64,000 bases of DNA from Planctomycetota bacterium. Its GTDB lineage: Bacteria; Planctomycetota; B15-G4; SIAN01. The stretch covers positions 224,001-288,000 of the forward strand of contig JANNXA010000014.1 in assembly GCA_031409275.1 (NCBI GenBank), given 5' to 3'. This document shows, piece by piece, positions 9,601-18,664 of this stretch. The position numbers were made by a program, and so were the translations under genes. Under the pieces are notes generated by a model. The model had not been told where the DNA came from. It did not search any database and saw only the letters and a list, made by a program, of their open reading frames with translations. Within the stretch, counting starts at the first letter, position 1. Each line of letters begins with the position of its first letter.

Positions 9601-11215
9601 CGAGCGTGAACTCCTGGAACGGCATGTTGAACATCGAGAGTTCCTGCTGGCCGGTCGCCAGCGGAACCACGTAGAGCGGCTCGCCGCTCTTCAAGTCGAG
9701 CGCGACGATGTAGGTGTTGACCGCCCCTTCGATGAAGTGGCCGAGCGCGAAGACGACGTCGTCGACGATGGCAGGCGGCGCCTGCACATCGAGCCGCGTG
9801 AGGACGCCCTCGGAATCGCCGCGCTGGCGGCGCAGCGGCCGCTCGAGTCGGTCGCTCACCCGGCTCTTCTCCAGCGGGCGCTGCTCCCACAACAGCGCTC
9901 CGGTCTCCGCATCGAGCGCGACGAGGCCGCGGATCGGGCACGGGTCGTTGATGCGAAAGCCCTGCAGCGTCTTCACGTTGTAGGCCAGCGGCACCTGCAG
10001 GTTGCCCAGCACGACCCCCTGGGCGGCCGAGAGCCCCGCGATCAGCGCCTTGCTCGAGGTCGGGTCGTCGTTGGAACTGCGCGGACTGAAATCCTCGACC
10101 GACAGGAAGCCGTCCTCATCGCGGCCGCGCAGCAGCGCCTGCGGCCCCTCGTACTCCCAGACCAGCTCGCGAGCGAGCAGATCGAAGCACTTCACCGTGA
10201 GCGTGTTGTTCACGTAGAGGCGGTCGCCGAGCCGGATCGGCTGGATCGGCGCGTGGACCATGTCCTTCAGCGGCGAGCGGCCTTCCGACCAGCGCGCGGA
10301 CTCGACTTGCAGGTCGAAGGAGCGGTCGGGGTCGAGCGGCCGCGCCGGCGCGACGCCCTGGCGTGCGCGCGAAGTGTCGCCGCCATAGGTCGGCCAGAGG
10401 TCGCTCGACGGGGCGCGCACGGCCAGCTGCGGCGACGTCGCCAGCGACTGCAGCGTCTGCGATCCACCGGCGACTTCGACCGTCGCACCAGCGGCCGCCG
10501 AGTCCTTCACGAGATCGACCTGCCCGGTCGCCAGCGCGACCAGGGCGCGCGCCTGCGCCGCGAGGATGCCGCTCGCGGCTTCCTCGCCCGGCAACGGCAC
10601 CATCGCGAAGTCGAGCACGCGGCGCGCGTGGTAGGCGGCGACCTCGTTCGCGCCGCGCTCACGATGGAGGCGCGCCAACGCCATCAGCGCCTCCTGGCCG
10701 ACCTTCGCGTTGGCGAAGCGGCGCGCGACGCGACGGAGCGCGAAGAGGTCGCGGTCGGCGCGCGCTCGCTCGAAGGCGGAGCGCCCGATCTGCTCGGCGA
10801 GCCGCGCATAGGCGGCGCGCGCATCGACGGGCGCCTGCATCAACAGCCAGCGCGCGTACTCGGCCGCGCCGACGTAGCGATCGGCGGCGACCTGCAACGC
10901 GGAGGTGCCATGGTCGTCGAGGATCGTCTGCAGCGCGCGCAGCGCGGGCACCAGCGCCCCCTCGCGTCGCAGCGACTCCCAATCGGCGATTCCCTCGCGC
11001 ACTTCCGGCGCTCCCGCGGCCTGGAAGCCGCGGAACTGGTGCTTGTCGGGATCGAACTTCCAGCGCGGATCGGCGATCTGATCCCAACCGCGGAAGTGCT
11101 CCTGGCCCGCAGCCGATCCACCCCCGAGCAGCGAACACGCCGTCACGGCCGCCATCGCCGCGCGGGTCGCGAAGCGGGCGCGAGTCGACCTCGAGAGCGT
11201 CGCGCGGAGGGTCAC
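6641..11215 (-). CDS. Large exported TPR + PQQ-type beta-propeller protein (about 1524 aa)
   Basis: Real part of ORF 6641..13849, starting GTG 11215 (GTGA overlap with upstream stop; ATG 11155 is an alternative). Signal peptide; WPTYGGD; many propeller-blade motifs (ALDAETGALLW, LDPATGITRW, IDLESGAERW) separated by TPR-like helices. Confidence 0.8.
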   Translation of the reverse strand: MTLRATLSRSTRARFATRAAMAAVTACSLLGGGSAAGQEHFRGWDQIADPRWKFDPDKHQFRGFQAAGAPEVREGIADWESLRREGALVPALRALQTILDDHGTSALQVAADRYVGAAEYARWLLMQAPVDARAAYARLAEQIGRSAFERARADRDLFALRRVARRFANAKVGQEALMALARLHRERGANEVAAYHARRVLDFAMVPLPGEEAASGILAAQARALVALATGQVDLVKDSAAAGATVEVAGGSQTLQSLATSPQLAVRAPSSDLWPTYGGDTSRARQGVAPARPLDPDRSFDLQVESARWSEGRSPLKDMVHAPIQPIRLGDRLYVNNTLTVKCFDLLARELVWEYEGPQALLRGRDEDGFLSVEDFSPRSSNDDPTSSKALIAGLSAAQGVVLGNLQVPLAYNVKTLQGFRINDPCPIRGLVALDAETGALLWEQRPLEKSRVSDRLERPLRRQRGDSEGVLTRLDVQAPPAIVDDVVFALGHFIEGAVNTYIVALDLKSGEPLYVVPLATGQQELSMFNMPFQEFTLGCPAFADGTLYASTNVGLVAAVDAAFGDLRWLAEYDALRITEPNNYFRNLPRPVHWYNRGALAGPDLALFAPHDSKRLLSLDPATGITRWTRPLASPETDYPSSQLIGVTADRAVIASGGSVAALDLANGRAVWNYPDATLPRGRPLELRGTAALTDGRVWLATEDELLVLDLSNGRPLARQPWYTGEAKNLLVFPDLLLAAGQTTVRIAFDPEEALRELRAQLARGETLELLTRIGSLERQSGALEEASRTLAHALELAADALPVELLRARAARCATLRELAASYRKSGDRERFAAALIEAEALADDAQERTDLVFELLAEVAPDAADERALRWLTRLRDAFATARVMVPTLAARPVPVAICVGMELADRYERRGAIESALAELQRLQSDLPSEMLAAGESAAIAQVRVDALFAKGPPALRERYDREAETAFAAAVAAGDVERLALLLHRYPSARSAPRYVAEELLLLRTARRPLDALVVGTGILRGRTDRSLERSAEVELARAAREIGNEPLARALVARLVRDAESPLPEDLATLANDTRVALPAAGRLEAVATLTLAPNSVVLGGSERPLRGEPLPPDFDSVLVLEQGFDLAVTRLALPSGEERWRRTLRRPRQNEYALNFVQVAGVLVTKRGSQLTGIDLESGAERWTRELDRDAAELASTSGMLLVTLRTPPTQGEEGDPVTLALIEPRSGTSVAMLDCVGTDSRASQMLATAGVGIVTSFGRRGQTVEVFDAITGARRLDAKPAPSGICTPLYLPAQQVVVLPDTRPAPGEAATRQGGVPRVVGWRLDRDEVAFEVDLLPLAYKLKTTYLAAEGLALLGGVATNAGVLLVDPATGAASPLQPLPPAVADSFRRILVLGEEALVRVQGYVDWRKGGPAQLALVAGNGESLWRQDLEVPENTVQIILPDRLLRRGGALLSALQYHAGGRYRTDLIVLDEASGQVLAREGFDGGRPGQRDDLVVSGEWVALRQESTLRVLGWR

Positions 11216-13632
11216 AGCAGGTTGAACTTCTTGCGCAGGATCCATTCGAGCGTCAGCAACGCCATCACCGCGAGCAGCACTTCCGCGCGATCCCAGAGGT
11301 CGCGCCGTTCGGTGCGGATCGGGACACGGCGCGCGTCGCCGTTCAGCGATTCGAGCAGCGCCGGCAGCTCGTGCAGCCCGACGCAGCGGCCACCGCCAGC
11401 GGCGGCGATCGCTTCGAGACGCGGCCGATCGAGCGACGGGTTCACGAACTCGAGCATCGGCACCTGCACTTCGACGGTGCGCTGCGAGAGGCGCTTGCCG
11501 CCTTGCGCGGGGTCCTCGAGCCACAGGCGCAGCGTGCCGGGCGCGTCGGCTCGCAGCGTGCGCGAGTACTCGCCGTCGGCGCTGCGATGGGCGACGAGCT
11601 CTTCCGCGGCCCGATCGCCGCGCTGCACGTGCAGCACCTGCTGATCGGCGCGCGCCGGCCGGAAGTCCTCGTCGTAGATGCGGATCGCCACCTCGATCGG
11701 CTCGCCGAGGTTGTAGCGCTCCTTGTCGGTGCGCAGGTCGAAGCGCTTGTCGGAGCTGCGCAGCTTCTGGATGGCGACGTCGCGGATCGCGGCGCGCCAG
11801 AAGCGCTCCGTGTAGCGATCGGCGTACGGCATGCGCCAACGCCACGTCTCGTCGAATCCGATGTAGAGCGTGCGTCCGGCCGGCACTCGCGTCGCCGCCA
11901 TCAGCACGTGCTCGCCGAAGCGGTTCTTGTTGGTCGGATGGACCAGGATCACCTCGGCGCCCGGCTTCGCGCGCCGCACCGGTGCGTACCACCACATGCC
12001 GGGAAGCCCGACCTCCGCGTCCTCGAAGAGGCGCTGGTTCATCTTCAGGTCGGTTTCGAGCGCGATGATGCGATGCGGCACTTCCCAGTCGGGAAGGTGC
12101 GGGCGGAACTGGCCGCGATCGCGCATCGCCGCCTGCTCTTCCTCGGCATCGCCAAGCTCGACCGGCAGCACGTCGGCGATGGGCGTATCGCGGTAGTCGC
12201 GCGGCGCATGCAGCTGGCCCGCGATCATGATCAAACCGCCGCCAAGCTCGACGAACTCGCGGATCTCGGCCAGCAGGTCGGCGGTGCTGGCGCGCGACTG
12301 GAATCCACGGTCGATGTCGTCGGGCGCGATGTCGCCGAGGATGATCACGTCGTACTGGAACAGGTCCTTGCGCGTCGGCGGGAAGCGCGTCAGCGCCGGC
12401 ACGTCCTTGCTCGACTCCTGGATGAAGTCGACGGCCGCCGACTTGAGCAGGCATTGCGCCTTCAGGTTCTTCGCCCGCAGCAGCACGTCCTTCAGGTAGC
12501 GGTACTGCCAGCGCGGCCGCCCCTCGACGTAGAGGACCTTGATCACTTCGGGCTGCACGCGCAGCGGCACCACGCGAACGTTGTCGTCGACGAACTGCTC
12601 GCCGGGCTTCGGAGTGAACTTCACTTCGAGCTGGAAGTCGCCCTCGCGCGAAGGCTTGAAGTAGATCGTCTCGGTCTGCTGGCCGCCGCGCGCGGTCAAC
12701 GTCAGCCCCTGGCGCGCGAGCTCCGAGCCGCCGATCTTGTCGCTCACGACGATCTCGCCCGGCTCGCCGGCGAAGCCGCGCGCCGACAGCGACACCGAGA
12801 GTGCGACCGTCTCCTCGACCATCGCGAGATCGGGCGCGTCGACCCCGAGCAGCGCGACGTTGTGCGGCTCCGCCGGATTGCCGACGGCGACGGTGTGCAC
12901 GACGATTCCGTCGGCGGCGGCCGCCGCCGCGATCTCGACGGCGTCCTTGCCCTGGTTGCTCTGGCCGTCGCTGACGACGACGAGCGCGGAGAGCTGGCGA
13001 TGGCGCAGCTCGGCGAGCGCCGCCAGCATCGAATCGCCGATCGCCGTCGCTCCGCGCGCCGGATCGGCCGTGCCGCGCATGAGATCGTCGATGGTGGAGA
13101 CGGCGCGATTGCCCGATGCGAAGCCGTAGAGGTGGGCATCGACGCGCTCGTCGAGCTTCGCGAGGGTGTCCACGCCTTCGCGCTTGAGGATGCGCTGGAC
13201 GAGCTCGCCGCGCGCCGTCTGCGCGACCATCGCTTCGTCGAGGCCCGACGCACCGGCGAGCGCGCGGGCGAGGTCGGGCTCGTACTCCTCGGCGCGGTCC
13301 ATCGACAGCGATTCGTCGAACAGCAGCCCGACGGTCGAACGGTGGACGGCGAAGACCTTGCTCTCGCTCACCGGCTGGAACAGCACGAGCAGCAGGATCG
13401 CGATGGCGGCGAGCCGCAACGCGCCGAGCAGCAGCTTGGCGCGGCCGTTGGCGCTCGCCCCTTCCTTGCGGTAGATCGCGCCGACCGCAAGCACGAGCAG
13501 CGGGACGATGACCAGCACGATCACCCACGCCGGCGGCGCCGACGCGAAGGCGTAATCCTCGCTCACCTTCTCCGCGACCGGCACCTGCGCGAGCAGGCCA
13601 AGGAACGCGGGCAGCGTCGACGCCAGGTTCAT
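11212..13632 (-). CDS. Membrane protein with vWA (MIDAS), Ig-like and class I glutamine-amidotransferase-like domains
   Basis: ATG 13632 (ATGA overlap). Two N-terminal TMs; MIDAS DESLS...T(AIGD)...VVSDG; VLYVEGRPRWQYRYL; YDVIILGD; FVELGGGLIMIAG; C-terminal TM LLTLEWILRKK. Confidence 0.8.
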   Translation of the reverse strand: MNLASTLPAFLGLLAQVPVAEKVSEDYAFASAPPAWVIVLVIVPLLVLAVGAIYRKEGASANGRAKLLLGALRLAAIAILLLVLFQPVSESKVFAVHRSTVGLLFDESLSMDRAEEYEPDLARALAGASGLDEAMVAQTARGELVQRILKREGVDTLAKLDERVDAHLYGFASGNRAVSTIDDLMRGTADPARGATAIGDSMLAALAELRHRQLSALVVVSDGQSNQGKDAVEIAAAAAADGIVVHTVAVGNPAEPHNVALLGVDAPDLAMVEETVALSVSLSARGFAGEPGEIVVSDKIGGSELARQGLTLTARGGQQTETIYFKPSREGDFQLEVKFTPKPGEQFVDDNVRVVPLRVQPEVIKVLYVEGRPRWQYRYLKDVLLRAKNLKAQCLLKSAAVDFIQESSKDVPALTRFPPTRKDLFQYDVIILGDIAPDDIDRGFQSRASTADLLAEIREFVELGGGLIMIAGQLHAPRDYRDTPIADVLPVELGDAEEEQAAMRDRGQFRPHLPDWEVPHRIIALETDLKMNQRLFEDAEVGLPGMWWYAPVRRAKPGAEVILVHPTNKNRFGEHVLMAATRVPAGRTLYIGFDETWRWRMPYADRYTERFWRAAIRDVAIQKLRSSDKRFDLRTDKERYNLGEPIEVAIRIYDEDFRPARADQQVLHVQRGDRAAEELVAHRSADGEYSRTLRADAPGTLRLWLEDPAQGGKRLSQRTVEVQVPMLEFVNPSLDRPRLEAIAAAGGGRCVGLHELPALLESLNGDARRVPIRTERRDLWDRAEVLLAVMALLTLEWILRKKFNLL

Positions 13633-15956
13633 GCGGAATAGGCTCCGAAGCGCCAGGCAAGCAGCGTCTCGAGCAACAGCAGCGCCAGCAGTGCCAGGAC
13701 CAGCTTCTTCCAGATCTCGCCCTGCCGCTCCGGAGCCTGCTCGGCGACGTCGGTCGGGATCTCGCGGGCGTGGTACTGATGGGTGACGCGCGCGAGCAGC
13801 GACGCGACCGCCTCGCGATCGAGGCAGCGCAGATCGCTCTCGCTGGCATCGAGGTTCACCGCGAAGAGTTCCGTCGCCGGCGGGTCCTCGCCGCCGAACT
13901 GCACCTCGAGCGTGTAAAGCCCGGGCACGCGCGTGTCGGCGAAGGCGGGAAGGCGCCACAGTCCGCGCACCGCTTCGCGCGGCGGATCGCGGAACGCGCG
14001 CGCCGCGCCGCCCGGAATCGAGACGGTCCACGACAGCGGCGGCGTCGGATAGCCGCGCGCGATGGCGCCGCCGATGGGCAGCTCATGGTCGCCCGGATCG
14101 CGGACGCAGAGGAAGTTCAGCATGTCCCAGATCAGCGGGAAGTAGGCGCTGGCCACGCGCGTGAAGTTCGACCACGAGTCATCCGTGCCGCTCAAGTTGA
14201 GCCACAGCGTGCGGCCGCGGCCGACACGATGGTCGATCAGCGCCGGCGCTCCGCTGACCTCATGGCGCAGCACGACGCGGGCATCCTTGGGCAGCGCGTA
14301 GCTGCCGTTCGGGTCGGGCTGGAACGGCCAGTAGCGGAAGATCGGGAAGCGCAGGTAGAGACGACGCCGATCGTCGGCGAACGTGCGAACGGCCGGGTGG
14401 AGCTCGTCGGCGATCTCGAGGCGAAACGGCGCGTCGCGCCGCGCGCTGCCGGCGCTCGGGTCGTACTCCTCGCCGATCGGTTCGGCGCCGAGACGAAGCG
14501 GCATCAGGCCGCTGCCATCGCCCTTGTAGAGCCGCTCGTTCCACGTCTCGGCACGCACCTCTTCGCCCAGCAGGAAGAGCGCGCCACCACCGCCGTCGAT
14601 GTAGGCCGCAAGCTCGGGCAGGACGCGCTCGGCCTCGATCTCGCGCACGTCGACGAAGATCACCGCGTCGTACTTCGCGAAGTCGGGCTTCGTGCGCGAC
14701 AGGTCGTACCAGGGCACGACGGTCGGTTCGAACCAGCGGCGCGGGTCGGACGCCTCGAGGTCGTTGAAGAGCGGGTCGAGGATGAGGAGGAGACCGCCCG
14801 CCGAGCCGGCCAGCGGATCGCCGCCCGACGGCGCGCCGTCGACCACCAGCACCGGAAGGCTGCGCTTGACCGGCAGCCGCAGGAAGCGCGCATCGTCGTC
14901 GGCGAGATCGTCCTCATCGACGCGGAACTCGACGCCCAGGTCGCCTTCGCTCGTGCACGAGTGGTAGAGCTCGACGCTCGCCTTGCCTTCCGCGTCGTAG
15001 CGGAACGTGACCGGCCGCTCGACATCGCCGATGCGGAAGCGCCCGCTGCCGTTGGTCGCACGCCCCTGGCGCACGACGCTCGCGGTGAGGCGCAACGACT
15101 GCCCCTGGATCGCCAGCGCTTCGCTCGCGCGCAGGTCGGTGACGGCGACGTTCTCGACCGGCAACAGGCCGTCGGCGAGGTTGACGAGGTGCAGGTCGCT
15201 GCGCTCGCCCAGACGTCGCATGCGACCGACCAGCGCGCCGTTCAGGGCGGCGTCGGCCGTCGCGAGGTCGGAGTTCGCGGCGTCGGAATCGGCAGCGCCC
15301 GCGGCGAGGTCATCGAAGGTGATGCCCTGGAAGTCGGAGAGCAGCCAGACCTCGGGCCGCGCGAGCACCTGCTTGTCGAGCACCTCGTCCAGCAGCAGGT
15401 CGAGCGCCCGCGCAAGATCGGCGCGCTCGTACTGCGGGCGCCCCAAGGTCGCGAGCTTGCGCTCGAAGTCGTCGAATCCCGCCGACACGCAGAGGAGGCG
15501 CGGCTCCTTGGCGAAGGTGAGCAGCGAGATGCGGTCCTGGCGCTCCGCCTTCAATCCGGCCTGCAGGCGGCGCGACTGCTCGATCGCCGCCTGGTAGAGC
15601 GTGCCGTTGCCGGCGCGGCGGCTCATGCTGTACGACTCGTCGAGGACGACGATCACCTCGCGCTGCGGCTCGCCGAATCCGGAGAGGGCGCTGTCGGGCC
15701 CGAAGTAGGGCCGCGCGAAGGCCAGCGCCAGGATGACCGGGATCGCGCAGCGCAGCAACAAAAGCAGCAGGTTCTCGACTTGCAGCTTCTTGCGCCGTTT
15801 CTGGTACGCGGTGAGCAGGAACTCCATCGCCGCCCACGGCACGGTGCGGTAGCGACGGCGATTCAGCAGGTGGATCACCAGCGGAACCGCGAGCAGCGCC
15901 GCGAAACCGGCCAGAGCCGGATTCAGCATCACCAGCAGCGTCATGGCGAAACTCAT
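13629..15956 (-). CDS. BatA-domain/vWA membrane protein with GATase-like domain
   Basis: ATG 15956 (ATGA overlap). BatA-like N-terminus PLVIHLLNRRRYRTVPWAAMEFL...LLLLLRC...FARP; MIDAS DESYS; LLSDFQ; C-terminal TM. Confidence 0.85.
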   Translation of the reverse strand: MSFAMTLLVMLNPALAGFAALLAVPLVIHLLNRRRYRTVPWAAMEFLLTAYQKRRKKLQVENLLLLLLRCAIPVILALAFARPYFGPDSALSGFGEPQREVIVVLDESYSMSRRAGNGTLYQAAIEQSRRLQAGLKAERQDRISLLTFAKEPRLLCVSAGFDDFERKLATLGRPQYERADLARALDLLLDEVLDKQVLARPEVWLLSDFQGITFDDLAAGAADSDAANSDLATADAALNGALVGRMRRLGERSDLHLVNLADGLLPVENVAVTDLRASEALAIQGQSLRLTASVVRQGRATNGSGRFRIGDVERPVTFRYDAEGKASVELYHSCTSEGDLGVEFRVDEDDLADDDARFLRLPVKRSLPVLVVDGAPSGGDPLAGSAGGLLLILDPLFNDLEASDPRRWFEPTVVPWYDLSRTKPDFAKYDAVIFVDVREIEAERVLPELAAYIDGGGGALFLLGEEVRAETWNERLYKGDGSGLMPLRLGAEPIGEEYDPSAGSARRDAPFRLEIADELHPAVRTFADDRRRLYLRFPIFRYWPFQPDPNGSYALPKDARVVLRHEVSGAPALIDHRVGRGRTLWLNLSGTDDSWSNFTRVASAYFPLIWDMLNFLCVRDPGDHELPIGGAIARGYPTPPLSWTVSIPGGAARAFRDPPREAVRGLWRLPAFADTRVPGLYTLEVQFGGEDPPATELFAVNLDASESDLRCLDREAVASLLARVTHQYHAREIPTDVAEQAPERQGEIWKKLVLALLALLLLETLLAWRFGAYSA

Positions 15957-16838
15957 CGGCGCGACGCCTTGCGAGCGCGCCGCGCGAGGATCGCGGTGAG
16001 CGGCACGTCGAGACTCGTCGAGGTGTCGATCGACTCGAAGTCGATGCGTTCCTTGAGGCAACCGCGCTTCAGGTCGCGGCGGAACTGCTCGAGCGCGGCG
16101 AGGTACTCCGCCTTCATCGCGCGCGGGTCGACGATCAGCTCGCCGGCGCCTTCGAGGCCGACGAACTTGTAGAGCGTGTTGCGCGAGAACTCGAAGGTGA
16201 GCTCCTCCGGCATCAGCAGTTGCAGCAGCAGCACGTCGTGCTTGCGGCTGCGCAGACGCGCAAGGCCGCGCAACGTCTCCTCGACCGGCGCGAAGAAGTC
16301 GGAGATGACGACGATCAGGCTGCGCCGGTGGGTGCGCTCGGCGAGGTCGGAGAGCACCGGCAGCAGCGAAGTGCGCGTCTCGGGCGGGCGCGGCCCGGTC
16401 TCGAGCGTGCGGAAGATCGACTGCAGGTGCGCCGGGCTCGTGTGCGGCTCGACGAAGTGATGCACCTGCGTGTCGAAGAGCGCAATGCCGGCTGCGTCGC
16501 GCTGGCGGATCAGGAGGTGCGAGAGCGCGGCGGCGAGCAGCGTCCCGTACTGGAAGCGGGTGGTGTCGAATCCCTCGGGGAAGCGCATCGAACCCGAGGT
16601 GTCGAGCGCGATCAGGCAGCGGAGGTTCGTCTCCTCCTCGTACTGCTTGACGTAGTAGCGGTCGTTGCGCCCGTAGACCTTCCAGTCCAGATGGCGCAGA
16701 TCGTCTCCGGGCACGTACTCGCGGTGCTCGGCGAACTCCACCGATGCGCCGCGATACGGGCTGCGATGCGATCCCTGCAGGAAGCCTTCGACGATCAGGC
16801 GCGCCTTGACCTCGAGGCGCCCGAGTCGATCGACGACC

Positions 16839-17882
<1,044 letters not shown>

Positions 17883-18160
17883 CCGAACTCTCCTCGATCC
17901 GCGGGTGCGCGGCAGCAGGCCGCCGCACCGCCGTTCTGAATCCGAACCTCTCCCCGGGGAGCCGGGGCTCCCCACTATGCATCGACCGTCGACGGGCAGA
18001 AGGGCGATTTTTGCTGCGCGCCTCGAGCACGACCGCCGGCCTGAAATGGGTAGCGCTCTCCGTACGACCGGGAACGGCGAAGAGGCAGATCCGTTGCGCC
18101 GCAATCTTGGCGCTGCCGGCTAATACCTCGTCCCCGCCCGCCTCCAGGGAGCATCGCCTC

Positions 18161-18664
18161 GTGACGCCAACCGCCCCCACTTTGCGCCCGCTCTTGAATC
18201 GGATCGCGCTGCCGGCGCTGATCACGCTCGCCATCACCCTGGCCCGCATCGCTGGCGAACTGGGCTCGCTCCCCAACTGGCTCGCCGGTCGCGGGGCTGG
18301 CGGCAACGGTGCGCTGCTCGGCATCTCCTGGCTGCCGCCGCTGCTCGGCTGGTGGTTCGCGCGCGAGATCGCGGGCCGCAGCGAGCGGCCGAAACGCGAG
18401 CTCGCGAAGACCCTGATCGCCTACGGCTTCCTCGCGCGGTTGCCGGTGCTCCTTCTGACGTGGATGGCGATCGAGCGGGGTTGGGACACCCACCTCACCA
18501 AGTTCGGCAAGGACAACGAGTCCGACCCCGGCACGTTCCTCGCCCGCATGGGCATGGCCGCCGTCGCGCAGCTGGGCTTCTGGGTCTTCGCCTGGACGCT
18601 CGGCACCGGAATGTTGGTCGGGTGGCTCTACCTGCGGCGGCGCTCCCAGCGCGCCGCTACTTGA
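18161..18664 (+). CDS. Small hypothetical integral membrane protein (about 4 TM)
   Basis: ORF 18011..18664; likely GTG 18161 after AGGGAG; alternating hydrophobic segments. Confidence 0.65.
   Translation: MTPTAPTLRPLLNRIALPALITLAITLARIAGELGSLPNWLAGRGAGGNGALLGISWLPPLLGWWFAREIAGRSERPKRELAKTLIAYGFLARLPVLLLTWMAIERGWDTHLTKFGKDNESDPGTFLARMGMAAVAQLGFWVFAWTLGTGMLVGWLYLRRRSQRAAT

Noticed and set aside
6815..13641. Long plus-strand ORFs (1609 aa, 1092 aa) and similar antisense ORFs throughout, e.g. 33164..36256, 46374..48971, 48643..50583
   Set aside because: Antisense or alternative-frame shadows of genes with clear motifs; no recognisable domains and biased composition.
11216..13849. N-terminal roughly 880 aa of the 2402-aa ORF 6641..13849, suggesting a giant protein or fusion
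   Set aside because: Arg/Ala-rich shadow frame over the real vWA gene; the credible protein begins at GTG 11215 with a signal peptide and GTGA coupling. Long stop-free frames are expected at this GC content.
17938..17949. 12-mer GAATCCGAACCT also present (reverse strand) at 63308-63319, both intergenic
   Set aside because: Only two copies, in opposite orientation relative to the downstream minus-strand genes; cannot be distinguished from chance without a genome-wide motif search.
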